A stretch of 64,000 nucleotides of DNA from Labilithrix sp. (GCA_044227045.1 JBGAFW010000002.1:195457-259456), one strand, 5' to 3'; positions 28,690-38,079 are shown, counted from the first letter of the stretch. Program-made: numbers and translations. Notes: a model not told the origin generated them from the sequence alone.

Positions 28690-29729
28690 GCCTCGGCGAG
28701 CACGCGCATGACGTTGTCGCGAAGGAGCTTGCCGACGGCCTTCTCCGAGAAGCCCGCGTCGAGGAGCGCGTCGGTGAGGAGCGGCAGCCCGCGCGGATCT
28801 TTCAAGGGCTTCGTGGGGATGATGAACCCATCCCAATCGCTTCCGAGCGCAGGGGCATCCTCTCCGACGATGTCGACGATGTGCTTCAAATGGCGAACGA
28901 CCGGCTCCAGGCCATCGCCGCCGACGAACTTCGGGCAGAAGATGACGCCGACGACACCTCCTTTGTCCGCGACCGCACGCAGCTGCTCGTCGTCGATGTT
29001 GCGCCAATGCTCGAACGCGCCGATGACGCCGGTGTGGCTCACGATCGGCGGCTTCTTCGCGACTCGGCACGCATCGAGGAAGCCCTTCTTGTTGATGTGG
29101 GCCAGGTCGACGATGACGTCTTCGGCCTCGCAGCGCTCGACGAGGCCGAAGCCCCATCGGGTGAGCCCGTCGTCGTCGCGCCGGCCGCGGCCGTAGGCGG
29201 GGTAACCCGCTTCGTTCGCGCTGAAGTGGAGGAGGCCGATGTAGCGGACGCCGCGGCGCGCGAAGACGCCGACGTTGTCGAGCGATCCTTCGAGCGCGTG
29301 CGCGCCTTCGATCCCGAGGAGGGCGCCCATGACACCCTCGCGCTTGCATTGCTCGATCTCGTGGGCCTTGCGGACGAGCCGGACCGAGCTCGACTTGTTC
29401 AAGAGCTGCCGGTCGAGCGCGTCGATCTGCTCGTGCACCGTGCGCGCCATGCCCCGCGGTCGATCCGCGAGGGGCAGGGACACGAGGCCGAAGAACTGCG
29501 CGCCCATTCCACCTTCGCGCATCCGCGGGAGGTCGACGTGGCCGCCGAGCGCCGCGAACGGCAGCGGTGGCTCGTGGGCTTTGTGGATGTCGTAGTCGAG
29601 CCAACGCGACCACATGAGCGTGTCGGCATGGAGATCAATCGCCGGATGCTCGGCGTGGATCGCGCGCGCCGCGTCGGAGCCGTGCGTGATCGCGTTCGAG
29701 GTCTTGTTGGGAGAGGAGCTCTGGGTCAT
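28686..29729 (-). CDS. Membrane dipeptidase (peptidase family M19)
   Basis: AIDLHADTL and HFSANEAGYPAYG motifs. Family-typical length. Confidence 0.85.
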   Translation of the reverse strand: MTQSSSPNKTSNAITHGSDAARAIHAEHPAIDLHADTLMWSRWLDYDIHKAHEPPLPFAALGGHVDLPRMREGGMGAQFFGLVSLPLADRPRGMARTVHEQIDALDRQLLNKSSSVRLVRKAHEIEQCKREGVMGALLGIEGAHALEGSLDNVGVFARRGVRYIGLLHFSANEAGYPAYGRGRRDDDGLTRWGFGLVERCEAEDVIVDLAHINKKGFLDACRVAKKPPIVSHTGVIGAFEHWRNIDDEQLRAVADKGGVVGVIFCPKFVGGDGLEPVVRHLKHIVDIVGEDAPALGSDWDGFIIPTKPLKDPRGLPLLTDALLDAGFSEKAVGKLLRDNVMRVLAEA

Positions 29730-29879
29730 GAGGAACGTGAGGACGGGAATTGTCGCTCACATCGAGGCCGCCGGGAGGGGATAGCGAGGGTGCCGCAAGG
29801 AAATCTACGTAATTTTATTGAGTTGACCAAGGTACTTGAGTTTTCCGATGCGACAATTAGATTCCTGGTCGGTCCCTCC

Positions 29880-30332
29880 ATGCTTCGCCTCTCGAACCGC
29901 GGTCGCTACGCCTTGAAGGCGGTCTTCGATCTCGCCGTTCATTCGGAGTCGCCGGTGCAGGTGAAGGACGTCGCCACGCGCCAGAAGATCCCGCTGCGGT
30001 TCCTCGAGCAAATCTTCCAGCTCCTGAAGCGGGCGAACCTCGTCGAGTCGAAGCGCGGACCACGCGGCGGGTTTCTGCTCGCCAAAGAGCCGGATGAAGT
30101 GAAGCTCGGCGACGTCCTCCGCGCGGTCGAAGGCCCGGTCGTGCTCACCGGCAACCAGCGCCAACAGAAGCGGGGCGCGAGCACCGCCGACGTCACCGAC
30201 GCTGTCCTCGCGGACCTCTCGCGCTCGGTCGAGCAATGCTTCGACGGGATCACCCTCCAAGACCTTTGCGCGCGTGGTGAGCGGGTCGCGCTTCAAAAAG
30301 CCCGCAGCGCGGCCACTCCGTACGTTATCTAA
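29880..30332 (+). CDS. Rrf2-family transcriptional regulator (IscR/CymR-like)
   Basis: MLRLSNRGRYALKAVFDLA... N-terminal wHTH typical of Rrf2. 150 aa. Confidence 0.85.
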   Translation: MLRLSNRGRYALKAVFDLAVHSESPVQVKDVATRQKIPLRFLEQIFQLLKRANLVESKRGPRGGFLLAKEPDEVKLGDVLRAVEGPVVLTGNQRQQKRGASTADVTDAVLADLSRSVEQCFDGITLQDLCARGERVALQKARSAATPYVI

Positions 30333-30370
30333 GTCAGCCAGGCCCACTCCAGACAAGACGCCCAGACAAG

Positions 30371-31366
30371 ATGATCGCCGAATCGATGCTCGACCTCGTT
30401 GGACACACGCCGCTCGTGCGTGTCCGCGCGGACTGGCTCAACAACAGCGAAGGCTCGGCGAAGATCTGGGCGAAGATGGAGAACCTGAACCCCGGCGGGA
30501 GCGTCAAGGATCGCATCTGCCGCGCCATGATCGAAGACGCCGAGGCGCGCGGCCTCCTCGTCAAGCCAGGTCCCGTCGTGGAGCCTACGAGCGGCAACAC
30601 CGGCATCGGCCTCGCGCTCGTCTGCGCGGTGAAGGGCTATCGCCTCATCTTGACGATGCCCGAGAGCATGAGCCTCGAGCGCCGTCAGCTCCTCGAGGCG
30701 TACGGCGCGGAGATCGTGCTCACCCCGGCAGACGGGCAGATGGAAGGCGCGATCGAGAAGGCCCGCGAGATCGTCCAGGAGACGCCGGGCGCGTTCATGC
30801 CGCAACAGTTCGAGAGCGCCGCGAATCCCTCCGTGCATGCGCGCACCACCGCCTTCGAGATCCTCCAGGCGATGGACGGCTGCTCGATCGACGCGTTCGT
30901 CGCGGGCGTCGGGACGGGCGGCACCGTCAGCGGCGTGAGCCCGGAGCTTCGGAAGGTTCATCCGCACGTCCGCATCATCGCGGTCGAGCCCGACGCCTGC
31001 GCCACGATCTCGCGCGGGCAGCGCGGGCCGACGAAGATCCAAGGGCTCGCCGCCGGTTTCGTCCCGAAGAACTACGACGCCTCGGTCGTCAACGAGGTGC
31101 GCACCGTCACCGACGACGACGCGTGGCGCACGAAGAACCTCCTCGCCAAGCACGAGGGCTTGCTCGTCGGCATCAGCGCAGGCGCGGCGGTGAACGTCGC
31201 GCTCGACATCGCCCGCGAGCTGCGTGATCCCAAGAAGAACGTCGTCACCGTCCTCTGCGACACAGGCGAGCGCTACTTCAGCCTCGACGAGTATTTCCAG
31301 CACCTCAAGGGCAGCGATCCCGGCTCCACGAACGCCGAGCGCCTTCGCAAGGGGCCGCGTCGATGA
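30371..31366 (+). CDS. cysK: Cysteine synthase A (O-acetylserine sulfhydrylase)
   Basis: PLP-fold motifs NPGGSVKDR, TSGNTGIGLA and GVGTGGT. Confidence 0.9.
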   Translation: MIAESMLDLVGHTPLVRVRADWLNNSEGSAKIWAKMENLNPGGSVKDRICRAMIEDAEARGLLVKPGPVVEPTSGNTGIGLALVCAVKGYRLILTMPESMSLERRQLLEAYGAEIVLTPADGQMEGAIEKAREIVQETPGAFMPQQFESAANPSVHARTTAFEILQAMDGCSIDAFVAGVGTGGTVSGVSPELRKVHPHVRIIAVEPDACATISRGQRGPTKIQGLAAGFVPKNYDASVVNEVRTVTDDDAWRTKNLLAKHEGLLVGISAGAAVNVALDIARELRDPKKNVVTVLCDTGERYFSLDEYFQHLKGSDPGSTNAERLRKGPRR

Positions 31367-32127
31367 GCTCGGGCGATCGTCAGGTGCTCCAGAAGAAGCG
31401 CGTCCTCGTCGTAGGCATTGGTGGCCTCGGATGTCCTGCGGCGATCGTGCTCGCGCGCGCCGGCGTCGGCACGATCGGGATCGCCGACGATGACGACGTC
31501 GATCTCACGAACCTGCATCGCCAGGTGCTGTTCGAAGACGCTGACGTCGGCAAGCCCAAGACCGACGTCGCCGTGACGCGTCTCTCTTCATGGACGGCGG
31601 GCGTCGCCTCGCCGGCGATCGTCCCGCACCGCACACGCCTTCTCCCAACGAACGCGATCGCGCTCGTCCGCGACTACGACCTCGTCGTCGAGGGCAGCGA
31701 CAACTTCGCGACGAAATTCCTCGCCGCCGACGCCTGCGCGATCGCGAACAAGCCGATCGTTCACGCCGCGGCGGTCCGCTGGCATGGCACCGCGCTCGCG
31801 GTCGCTCCGCATGGCGCGCCTTGCTACCGCTGCGTCTTCGAAGACCTGCCGCTCGAGAACCCGCCGAACTGCGCCGAGGCGGGTGTTGTCGGCCCGATGG
31901 TGGGCGTCGTCGCGGCCGCGCAGGCCGATCTCGCGCTCTCGGCGCTCCTCGGTGATGCGAGCGTCTTCGGCGAGCTCTTCACCTTCGACGGCAAGTCGCT
32001 CACCTCGCGGCGAAGGCACGTCGCGAAGCGCTCGACCTGCGCGCTCTGCGGCGACGCAGCCAGCATGGCGCGCATCCAAGACATCAACGAGGCCCGCTAC
32101 GTCGAAGGCATCTGCGCCGCCGGCTAG
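31363..32127 (+). CDS. ThiF/MoeB/MoeZ-type E1-like adenylyltransferase. It lacks the rhodanese domain found in M. tuberculosis MoeZ.
   Basis: Rossmann GIGGLGCPAAIVLARAGVG. Two CxxC pairs (CYRC, CALC). ATGA overlap with the cysK stop. Confidence 0.85.
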   Translation: MSSGDRQVLQKKRVLVVGIGGLGCPAAIVLARAGVGTIGIADDDDVDLTNLHRQVLFEDADVGKPKTDVAVTRLSSWTAGVASPAIVPHRTRLLPTNAIALVRDYDLVVEGSDNFATKFLAADACAIANKPIVHAAAVRWHGTALAVAPHGAPCYRCVFEDLPLENPPNCAEAGVVGPMVGVVAAAQADLALSALLGDASVFGELFTFDGKSLTSRRRHVAKRSTCALCGDAASMARIQDINEARYVEGICAAG

Positions 32128-32184
32128 CCCAACCACCCAACCGATCACGCACGCATTCAGACAGAGGAAAGGAAGACACTCATC

Positions 32185-32457
32185 ATGGACACGATCGTCA
32201 GAATCCCCGCCGCGCTCCGAACGTTGACCGGCGGTGCCGACGAAGTGAAGGCCGCTGGGGGCACGGTCGGCGACGTCATCGAGGATCTCGAGAAGCGTCA
32301 CCCTGGCTTGAAGGACCGCCTCCTCGACGACAAGGGCGTTCGCCGCTTCATCAACATCTACGTCGGCGAAGAAGACGTCCGCTTCACCGGTGGCCTCAAG
32401 ACGGAGCTGAAGTCCGGCGACCAGATCAGCATCATCCCGGCGATCGCGGGCGGCTGA
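32185..32457 (+). CDS. cysO: CysO/ThiS/MoaD-family sulfur carrier protein with a C-terminal Gly-Gly
   Basis: 90 aa. Ends ...IIPAIAGG. Beta-grasp size and composition. Confidence 0.8.
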   Translation: MDTIVRIPAALRTLTGGADEVKAAGGTVGDVIEDLEKRHPGLKDRLLDDKGVRRFINIYVGEEDVRFTGGLKTELKSGDQISIIPAIAGG

Positions 32458-32482
32458 AATAGGGCTCCGCGCCTCGAACGAC

Positions 32483-32791
32483 ATGACCCCCGAACAACGC
32501 CGCCGCTACGGACGCCAAATCCGCCTCGCCGAGATCGGTGAAGCCGGCCAAGCTGCGCTCTGTTCGCTCGAGGTCTCGCTCGCTTCGCGTGGCGAGCATG
32601 CGCGTGCGATCGAGCGGCGCTACCTCGAGGCCGCCGGCGCGCGGGTCGTGGGGACGGGCGATGAGGCTCACGAGATCGTTCCCACGCTCGGCCTCCGGCA
32701 TCCCGAAGCGCGCGAGCTCGCCGAGGGCGCGATGCACGCGCTCGACGCGATTCGCGCCTCTGTGCTCTCGGCGAAGGGCAACGCGCCATGA
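32483..32791 (+). CDS. Truncated ThiF/MoeB-N-terminal-like ORF. It keeps the RYxRQI motif but lacks the GxGxxG nucleotide loop, so it is a possible pseudo-E1 or gene remnant.
   Basis: EQRRRYGRQIRLAEIGEAGQAALCSLEV aligns to the MoeB start RYNRQIILRGFDFDGQEALKDSRV. Stop overlaps the cysM start by 4 nt. Confidence 0.4.
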   Translation: MTPEQRRRYGRQIRLAEIGEAGQAALCSLEVSLASRGEHARAIERRYLEAAGARVVGTGDEAHEIVPTLGLRHPEARELAEGAMHALDAIRASVLSAKGNAP

Positions 32792-33735
32792 GCGGGTGGC
32801 TTCGTGCGCGCCGGATCGAGTCCGTCGTCGAGGCGGTGGGCGACACGCCGCTCCTTCGCCTGCGCCTTGCGATGAAGACAGCGCCGAGCGTGCCGGTGTA
32901 CGCGAAGCTCGAGTTCGAGAACCCCGGCGGCAGCGTCAAAGATCGCGCGGCGCTTCGGATGATTCAAGACGCGATGAAAGACGGGCGCTTGTCGAAGGGC
33001 AAGGTCCTCATCGACTCGACGAGCGGCAACACCGGCGTCGCATACTCGCTCTTCGGCGCCGCGCTTGGCATTCCGGTGAAGCTCGTGATGCCTTCGAACG
33101 TGTCGAAGGCGCGGAAGGACATCGCGCAGGCGTTCGGCACCGAGATCATCTGGTCCGATCCGCTCGAGGGATCCGACGGCGCGATCCGCCTCGCGAAGAA
33201 GATCACCGATGAGGAGCCGGGCCGCTTCTTCTACCCGGATCAGTACTCGAACCCGTCGAACCCCCTCGCGCACTACCACGGCACGGGTCCCGAGATCCTG
33301 CGCGACGTCGGCGATCGCATCACCCACTTCGTGGCCGGCCTCGGGACGAGCGGCACGATGATGGGCACGGCGCGCCGGCTGAAGGAGCACCATCGACCCA
33401 TCCGCTGCGTCGCCGTCGAGCCTGACGGGCCGATGCACGGCTTGGAAGGTCTCAAGCACATGGCGACGAGCCTCGTGCCGGCGATCTACAACCCGCGCAC
33501 GCACGACGAGGTCTTTCCTGTCTCCACCGAAGACGGCTGGGACATGGCCGATCGCCTCGCGCGCGAGGAGGGCCTTCATGTCGGCCACTCGTCGGGCGCG
33601 AACATCTTCTGCGCGGTGAAGATCGCCGAGCGCCTCGAAGCCGAAGGGAAGGCGGGCTGCATCGTCGCGATCGTCGCCGATCGAGGGGACCGCTACTTCT
33701 CACCCCTCCGGTGGGAGAAGAAATACGTGTGGTGA
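32788..33735 (+). CDS. cysM: CysM-type cysteine synthase (CysO-thiocarboxylate-dependent, PLP fold)
   Basis: NPGGSVKDR, STSGNTGVAYS and GLGTSGT motifs. Sits in a cysO/mec context as in M. tuberculosis. Confidence 0.85.
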   Translation: MSGWLRARRIESVVEAVGDTPLLRLRLAMKTAPSVPVYAKLEFENPGGSVKDRAALRMIQDAMKDGRLSKGKVLIDSTSGNTGVAYSLFGAALGIPVKLVMPSNVSKARKDIAQAFGTEIIWSDPLEGSDGAIRLAKKITDEEPGRFFYPDQYSNPSNPLAHYHGTGPEILRDVGDRITHFVAGLGTSGTMMGTARRLKEHHRPIRCVAVEPDGPMHGLEGLKHMATSLVPAIYNPRTHDEVFPVSTEDGWDMADRLAREEGLHVGHSSGANIFCAVKIAERLEAEGKAGCIVAIVADRGDRYFSPLRWEKKYVW

Positions 33736-33745
33736 GGAGAGGGTC

Positions 33746-34267
33746 ATGAGTGGTGACGAGAAGAAGCATCCCTGGATCCGCGGGTCGCTGCGCATCGCCA
33801 AAGCGGTGATCGATCGGGTCGATGAAGAGGCGCGCGCCGCCTTCGGGCGCGACGAAGAGAGCTGTGGGCTCTTGATCGGACCTGCGGGCGATCCGCTCTT
33901 CGTCGACGAGATCGTCACGATGGAGAATCGCGCGAACAAGCTCCATCGCCTCGACCCCGAGACCTACCCTCGCACGGGCAGGATGTACTTCGATATCGAT
34001 CCGATGAAGTTCGAGCGTGCCGTCCTTGCCGGCGAGTCGTCGGGGCGTCCGGTGAAGGTGCTCTACCATTCGCATCTCGACGTCGGCGCGTACTTCTCGG
34101 ACACGGACGCCGCGGCCGCGACGATGGGCGGCGACGCGCCCACGTACGACCTCGCGTACCTCGTCACCTCGGTGCGTGCGGGCGTCGTCGACGACCGTAA
34201 GCTCTTCATCTGGGACGGCGACACGCGACGCTTCGTCGAGACGAGCCTCGAGATCGCGACCGCCTAG
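33746..34267 (+). CDS. mec: JAMM/MPN+ metalloprotease (Mec+-like CysO-cysteine isopeptidase)
   Basis: JAMM motif HSHLDVGAYFSDTD (HxHx7SxxD). Upstream E (EESCGLL). Confidence 0.85.
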   Translation: MSGDEKKHPWIRGSLRIAKAVIDRVDEEARAAFGRDEESCGLLIGPAGDPLFVDEIVTMENRANKLHRLDPETYPRTGRMYFDIDPMKFERAVLAGESSGRPVKVLYHSHLDVGAYFSDTDAAAATMGGDAPTYDLAYLVTSVRAGVVDDRKLFIWDGDTRRFVETSLEIATA

Positions 34268-34332
34268 AAGCTCGTCCATCGTCGAAGACGGGGCGCAAAT
34301 CCGCGCAAATCTTCGAGACATGGTAAGTCTTA

Positions 34333-35691
34333 ATGACCGCTTCCATGGGGTCGTCTCCGTCATCCACCACGAACGTCGCCGCACGAGGCTTTGGCGTTCT
34401 GCTCGGCATGAGCGTCGCGCTCTCGTGCTCGCTCGTGGCGCGGGAAGCGCACGCCGACAACGCACGTGAGATCGCCGGCCGCGTGAACGAGCAGTGGCGC
34501 GTGGCGGGCGCGCGATCGATTCAGATCCCGACGCGGTTCTTGTTCGACGAGGAGACCGCGCTGATCGCGATCCCGCCGGACGAGACGGAGAAGGATGGAG
34601 ACTGCACGCAGATCGCGGTCATCGGATCACGCGGGCTCAGCTTCCGCGCGCGCCTCTCCGACGCGCCGGTGGATCCGCTGCTCCCGCCCGAGCCGGGCGC
34701 GCGAGGCTCGAGCACGGCGGGTGTCCTCGAGCTGCGACGCTGCGAGCGCGGCCGGCCGTCGATCCGTCACGTCATCATCACCGCCGAGGCAGGCCGCGGC
34801 GCCGTCGAGGTCGTGGTCGGGCGATCGCCCTCCCCACTGCCGTCGCTCGGATCGATCATCCCCGAGCGAACGGGCGGCGCGATCCCTCCGCCGCCCGAGG
34901 CCGGGCCGCTCCCTCCGCTCACGCCGCAAGACAAGCGCGCCGAGTCGGCGGAGGCTCGCGCTCGTCGTGACGGCGCCAACGTCCGCGCTCGCGTCAGCAC
35001 ACGCGCCGGCGACGATGGCTCGGGCGACGAAGAGCTCGAGCTCGACGAGGGGTGCCATCGGATCGAGGTGTTCGGCAAGGAGATGATGCGCGAGCGACCT
35101 GGGCGGCGCTTTCGCCTCGACGTCGACGCCGAGCTTCGCGACGGCGATCATCTCATCGCGCGCGACCGCACCGAGGCGCCGGACGCAAGGCTCGAGACGT
35201 GCGTGGGCGCGCCGACGAAGCTCACGCTTCTCTACTCCGGCACGCCGCCCCATACGGAGGTGGTCGTCACGCGCGGAAGCTGGCCGCTGCCGGCGCGCCT
35301 GCCGCCGATCTGGGGACCCACCGTGCGCAGCAAGATGGCGCGCGTGATGTTCCTCCGCCACGTCGCGGTGCCCTCCGAAGATCCCGTGTATCTTGCACAA
35401 GGTTCCGCCGGCACGACGCCGGTGCCGCTGTCGGTCGAGACCGGCGGCTGCTACGTCGCCGTCGTCGGGATCACTCACGGCCAACGCCTGCGCCAGCTCC
35501 AGCTTCGCGCGATCGTCGGCGCGCGCGAGTCGACCGACGAGCGAGGCGCGGCCGAAGAAGCGGCGCTCTCCGCGTTCTGCGTTCGCGCGCACGAGTCGGC
35601 GCGCGTCGAGGTGCTCGCGCGCGGAACGGGCATCAGCTGGGGCCTCGCGCTGTTTCGCATCAAGAGCGGCCTCTGGGAGCCGGGGCGATGA
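34333..35691 (+). CDS. Secreted hypothetical protein with repeated Cys-anchored beta-type modules
   Basis: Signal peptide (MSVALSCSLVAREAHA). Internal modules CTQIAVIGSRG, CHRIEVFGKE and CYVAVVGITHG. Confidence 0.55.
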   Translation: MTASMGSSPSSTTNVAARGFGVLLGMSVALSCSLVAREAHADNAREIAGRVNEQWRVAGARSIQIPTRFLFDEETALIAIPPDETEKDGDCTQIAVIGSRGLSFRARLSDAPVDPLLPPEPGARGSSTAGVLELRRCERGRPSIRHVIITAEAGRGAVEVVVGRSPSPLPSLGSIIPERTGGAIPPPPEAGPLPPLTPQDKRAESAEARARRDGANVRARVSTRAGDDGSGDEELELDEGCHRIEVFGKEMMRERPGRRFRLDVDAELRDGDHLIARDRTEAPDARLETCVGAPTKLTLLYSGTPPHTEVVVTRGSWPLPARLPPIWGPTVRSKMARVMFLRHVAVPSEDPVYLAQGSAGTTPVPLSVETGGCYVAVVGITHGQRLRQLQLRAIVGARESTDERGAAEEAALSAFCVRAHESARVEVLARGTGISWGLALFRIKSGLWEPGR

Positions 35692-37376
35692 AGACGATCG
35701 CGCCTCTGCCCGTGATCGGGACGCTCGCCGCTCTCGCGATGGCGTCGGCGTGTGGTCCGCGTGCGCAGCCCGCCACGATGCCGCCGCCGACGGTGAACGA
35801 CCCACCGCGCGTGACGCCCGGGCCTCTCGAGGCGCGCCCGCTGCTCTCCGATTTGCCGGCGAAGGCGTCCCGCTTCGGCGCAGGTCCCGTCGCGATCGTC
35901 GCCGCGAGCCCGATGTCCGAAGGCGAGCGCGTCGGCGCGTTCGTCGACGTGCCGAAGGACGCGTGCCTGCTCGCCTATGCGCGATCGTCGGCGTCGCTCG
36001 AAGACATCGATCTCGCGGCGTTCGCCGAAGAAGGCAACCCCGTCGCTGTCGATGAGGGACCCGATCCACGTCCCACGATCCTGATCTGTCCGCCGCATCC
36101 AGACCGCGTGTACGTCGCCGCGCACGCCGCCGCGGGCGAAGGCCTCTGCGTGATCGCCGCGCAGCTCGTACCGCGAGACCGCGCCGAAGCCGTCGGGCGC
36201 GCGGTCGGAGCGCATGGCTCGACGCCGCGGTCCCCCGAGACATGGCCAGGCCTCGACGATCACGTCCGCAATCACCGCGCCGCGATCGGCGGCACGTGGG
36301 AAGAGCAGAGGCGCGTCGCCGTCGCGGTCGACTCGCGCGCTCCGTCGATCGTGGGGCTCACGATCGAGGAGGGGAGCTGCACGGACGCGCTCGTCGTGCC
36401 CGATGACGACGTCTCCGTGATCGACGTCGATGTGCTCGACGGCGAAGGGCGCCTCGTCGCGCGCGCGAAGGACACTTCGGCCATTCGATCGATCACGATC
36501 TGCTCGCAAGTCGCCGTCTCGGGATCGCTCCAGGTGCGACCGCACGTGGGTCGCGGCCTCGTCGCCGTCGTCGTCTCGAAGGCCAAGGCCGAGAGCACGC
36601 GCGAGATGCTCACCCGTCCCGAGGTCGCGTGGGTCGCGTCCGGGCTGCCGCTCGACTCGCAGCGCAACGCGCGCGAGAAGGCGCTCGGGAAAGCCGGCTA
36701 CGCGGGACCGTCCGCGAGCCAGACGGGCCAGCTCCAGCTCGGCCGCCGCGCGACCGTACCGGTCGATCTCGGCGCGGGACCGTGCGCACGCGTCGATGTC
36801 GTCGCCGGCGCTCCGCTCGCGCTCGTCGAAGCGGCGATCTGGGATGACAGCGGCGCTCTGCTCGCGAACGGCGACGGCGCGGACGGCGCTGTGCTCTTCG
36901 CGTGCGGCAAGGGCAAGGCGCGCGTCGATCTCGGCACGCGTGGCCGGCCTGGACCGTTCGCCGTCCTCGTCCGCCAGGAGAAGTGGAAGGACCCTGCGTT
37001 CTCGGCGCATCCGCTCGCCGCGAGCCGCATGCTGTCGCGCTCCTCGGGACCGGCGAGCGCGCCGCACGAAGGCAAGCCTGGCGCGGTGAAGCACGCCGTC
37101 CTCGAGCCGGCGAAGCGATACATGCATGATGCAAATATCGCCGCCGGCCAGTGTCTCCGCGTCTCCGCGGGCGTGGAGGGCGAAGGCACGGGCCTCGAGC
37201 TTCGGATGTGGGACGCGGTGACCGGCGAGGAGCTCGATCGATCGCACGGCCAGTTCTCGGCGAGCGTCCGCGCATGCACGGCATCCGCGGCGCGCTCGGT
37301 CCGAGTCGAGGCGCGCGCGTCCGCCGGCAAGCTCGACGCCGTCCTCGGCGAACGCCTGGTCAACGCGAAGGAGTGA
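35688..37376 (+). CDS. Lipoprotein paralogue of the preceding gene (about 5 repeated C-x-x-[LV]-x-V modules)
   Basis: Lipobox AMASAC. ATGA overlap with the preceding gene. The track ORF starting at 35052 has an artefactual N-terminal extension. Confidence 0.55.
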   Translation: MKTIAPLPVIGTLAALAMASACGPRAQPATMPPPTVNDPPRVTPGPLEARPLLSDLPAKASRFGAGPVAIVAASPMSEGERVGAFVDVPKDACLLAYARSSASLEDIDLAAFAEEGNPVAVDEGPDPRPTILICPPHPDRVYVAAHAAAGEGLCVIAAQLVPRDRAEAVGRAVGAHGSTPRSPETWPGLDDHVRNHRAAIGGTWEEQRRVAVAVDSRAPSIVGLTIEEGSCTDALVVPDDDVSVIDVDVLDGEGRLVARAKDTSAIRSITICSQVAVSGSLQVRPHVGRGLVAVVVSKAKAESTREMLTRPEVAWVASGLPLDSQRNAREKALGKAGYAGPSASQTGQLQLGRRATVPVDLGAGPCARVDVVAGAPLALVEAAIWDDSGALLANGDGADGAVLFACGKGKARVDLGTRGRPGPFAVLVRQEKWKDPAFSAHPLAASRMLSRSSGPASAPHEGKPGAVKHAVLEPAKRYMHDANIAAGQCLRVSAGVEGEGTGLELRMWDAVTGEELDRSHGQFSASVRACTASAARSVRVEARASAGKLDAVLGERLVNAKE

Positions 37377-38010
37377 CGGCGCTCCGGCCGATCCCGTTCG
37401 ACGAGGACACGGGGCTCTGGTCGCCCTTCTTTGCGCCGCCGGCCTGGCGCGGCTCGCGATGGAGCCCTTCGCCGATCTCTTCGATGAGCTTCTCGTTGAA
37501 CGCCGGGATGTCGTCGGGCTTGCGGCTCGTCACGAACCCGCCGTCGACGACGACCTCTTCATCGACCCACTTGGCGCCTGCGTTCGTGAGGTCGGTCTTG
37601 AGCGTCGGCCACGACGTCATCGTCCGTCCTTGGACGCAGCCCGCGTTGATGAGCGTCCACGGACCATGACAAATCGCGCCGACGGGCTTTCCAGCGCCGA
37701 CGATCTGCCGCACGAACGAGATCACCTCGGGGATGACGCGGAGCTGGTCCGGATTCATCACGCCGCCGGGTAGCACGAGCGCGTCGTAGTCGTTCGCGTT
37801 CGCCTTGCTGAGGGCGAGCGTGACATCGACCTCGTTGCCCCAGTCGGTGTGCTTCCACCCTTTGACGGTCTTTGCGTCGTCCTTCGGTGAGATCACGTCG
37901 CAGCGTGCGCCTTCGTCACGAAGCGCCTTCAGCGGCTCCTCGAGCTCCGATTGCTCGAAACCATCCGTAACGACGAACGCGACACGCTTACCCTCGAGCT
38001 TCTTTGTCAT
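37360..38010 (-). CDS. DJ-1/PfpI-family protein (class I glutamine amidotransferase-like)
   Basis: GKRVAFVVTDGFEQSEL. Catalytic Cys in AICHGP. Confidence 0.85.
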   Translation of the reverse strand: MTKKLEGKRVAFVVTDGFEQSELEEPLKALRDEGARCDVISPKDDAKTVKGWKHTDWGNEVDVTLALSKANANDYDALVLPGGVMNPDQLRVIPEVISFVRQIVGAGKPVGAICHGPWTLINAGCVQGRTMTSWPTLKTDLTNAGAKWVDEEVVVDGGFVTSRKPDDIPAFNEKLIEEIGEGLHREPRQAGGAKKGDQSPVSSSNGIGRSAVTPSR

Positions 38011-38079
38011 GGTGTGTTCCTCCAGGCCATTCGCGCTTGCGAACGTGAGGCCAAGGCACCACCGATGAGCGCGAGCAGA

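Noticed and set aside
27562-29196. 544-aa plus-strand ORF
   Set aside because: It is antisense to the DUF4178-like and dipeptidase genes and has artefact composition.
34627-37247. 538-aa and 590-aa minus-strand ORFs
   Set aside because: They are antisense to the two secreted paralogues and are Arg-dominated.
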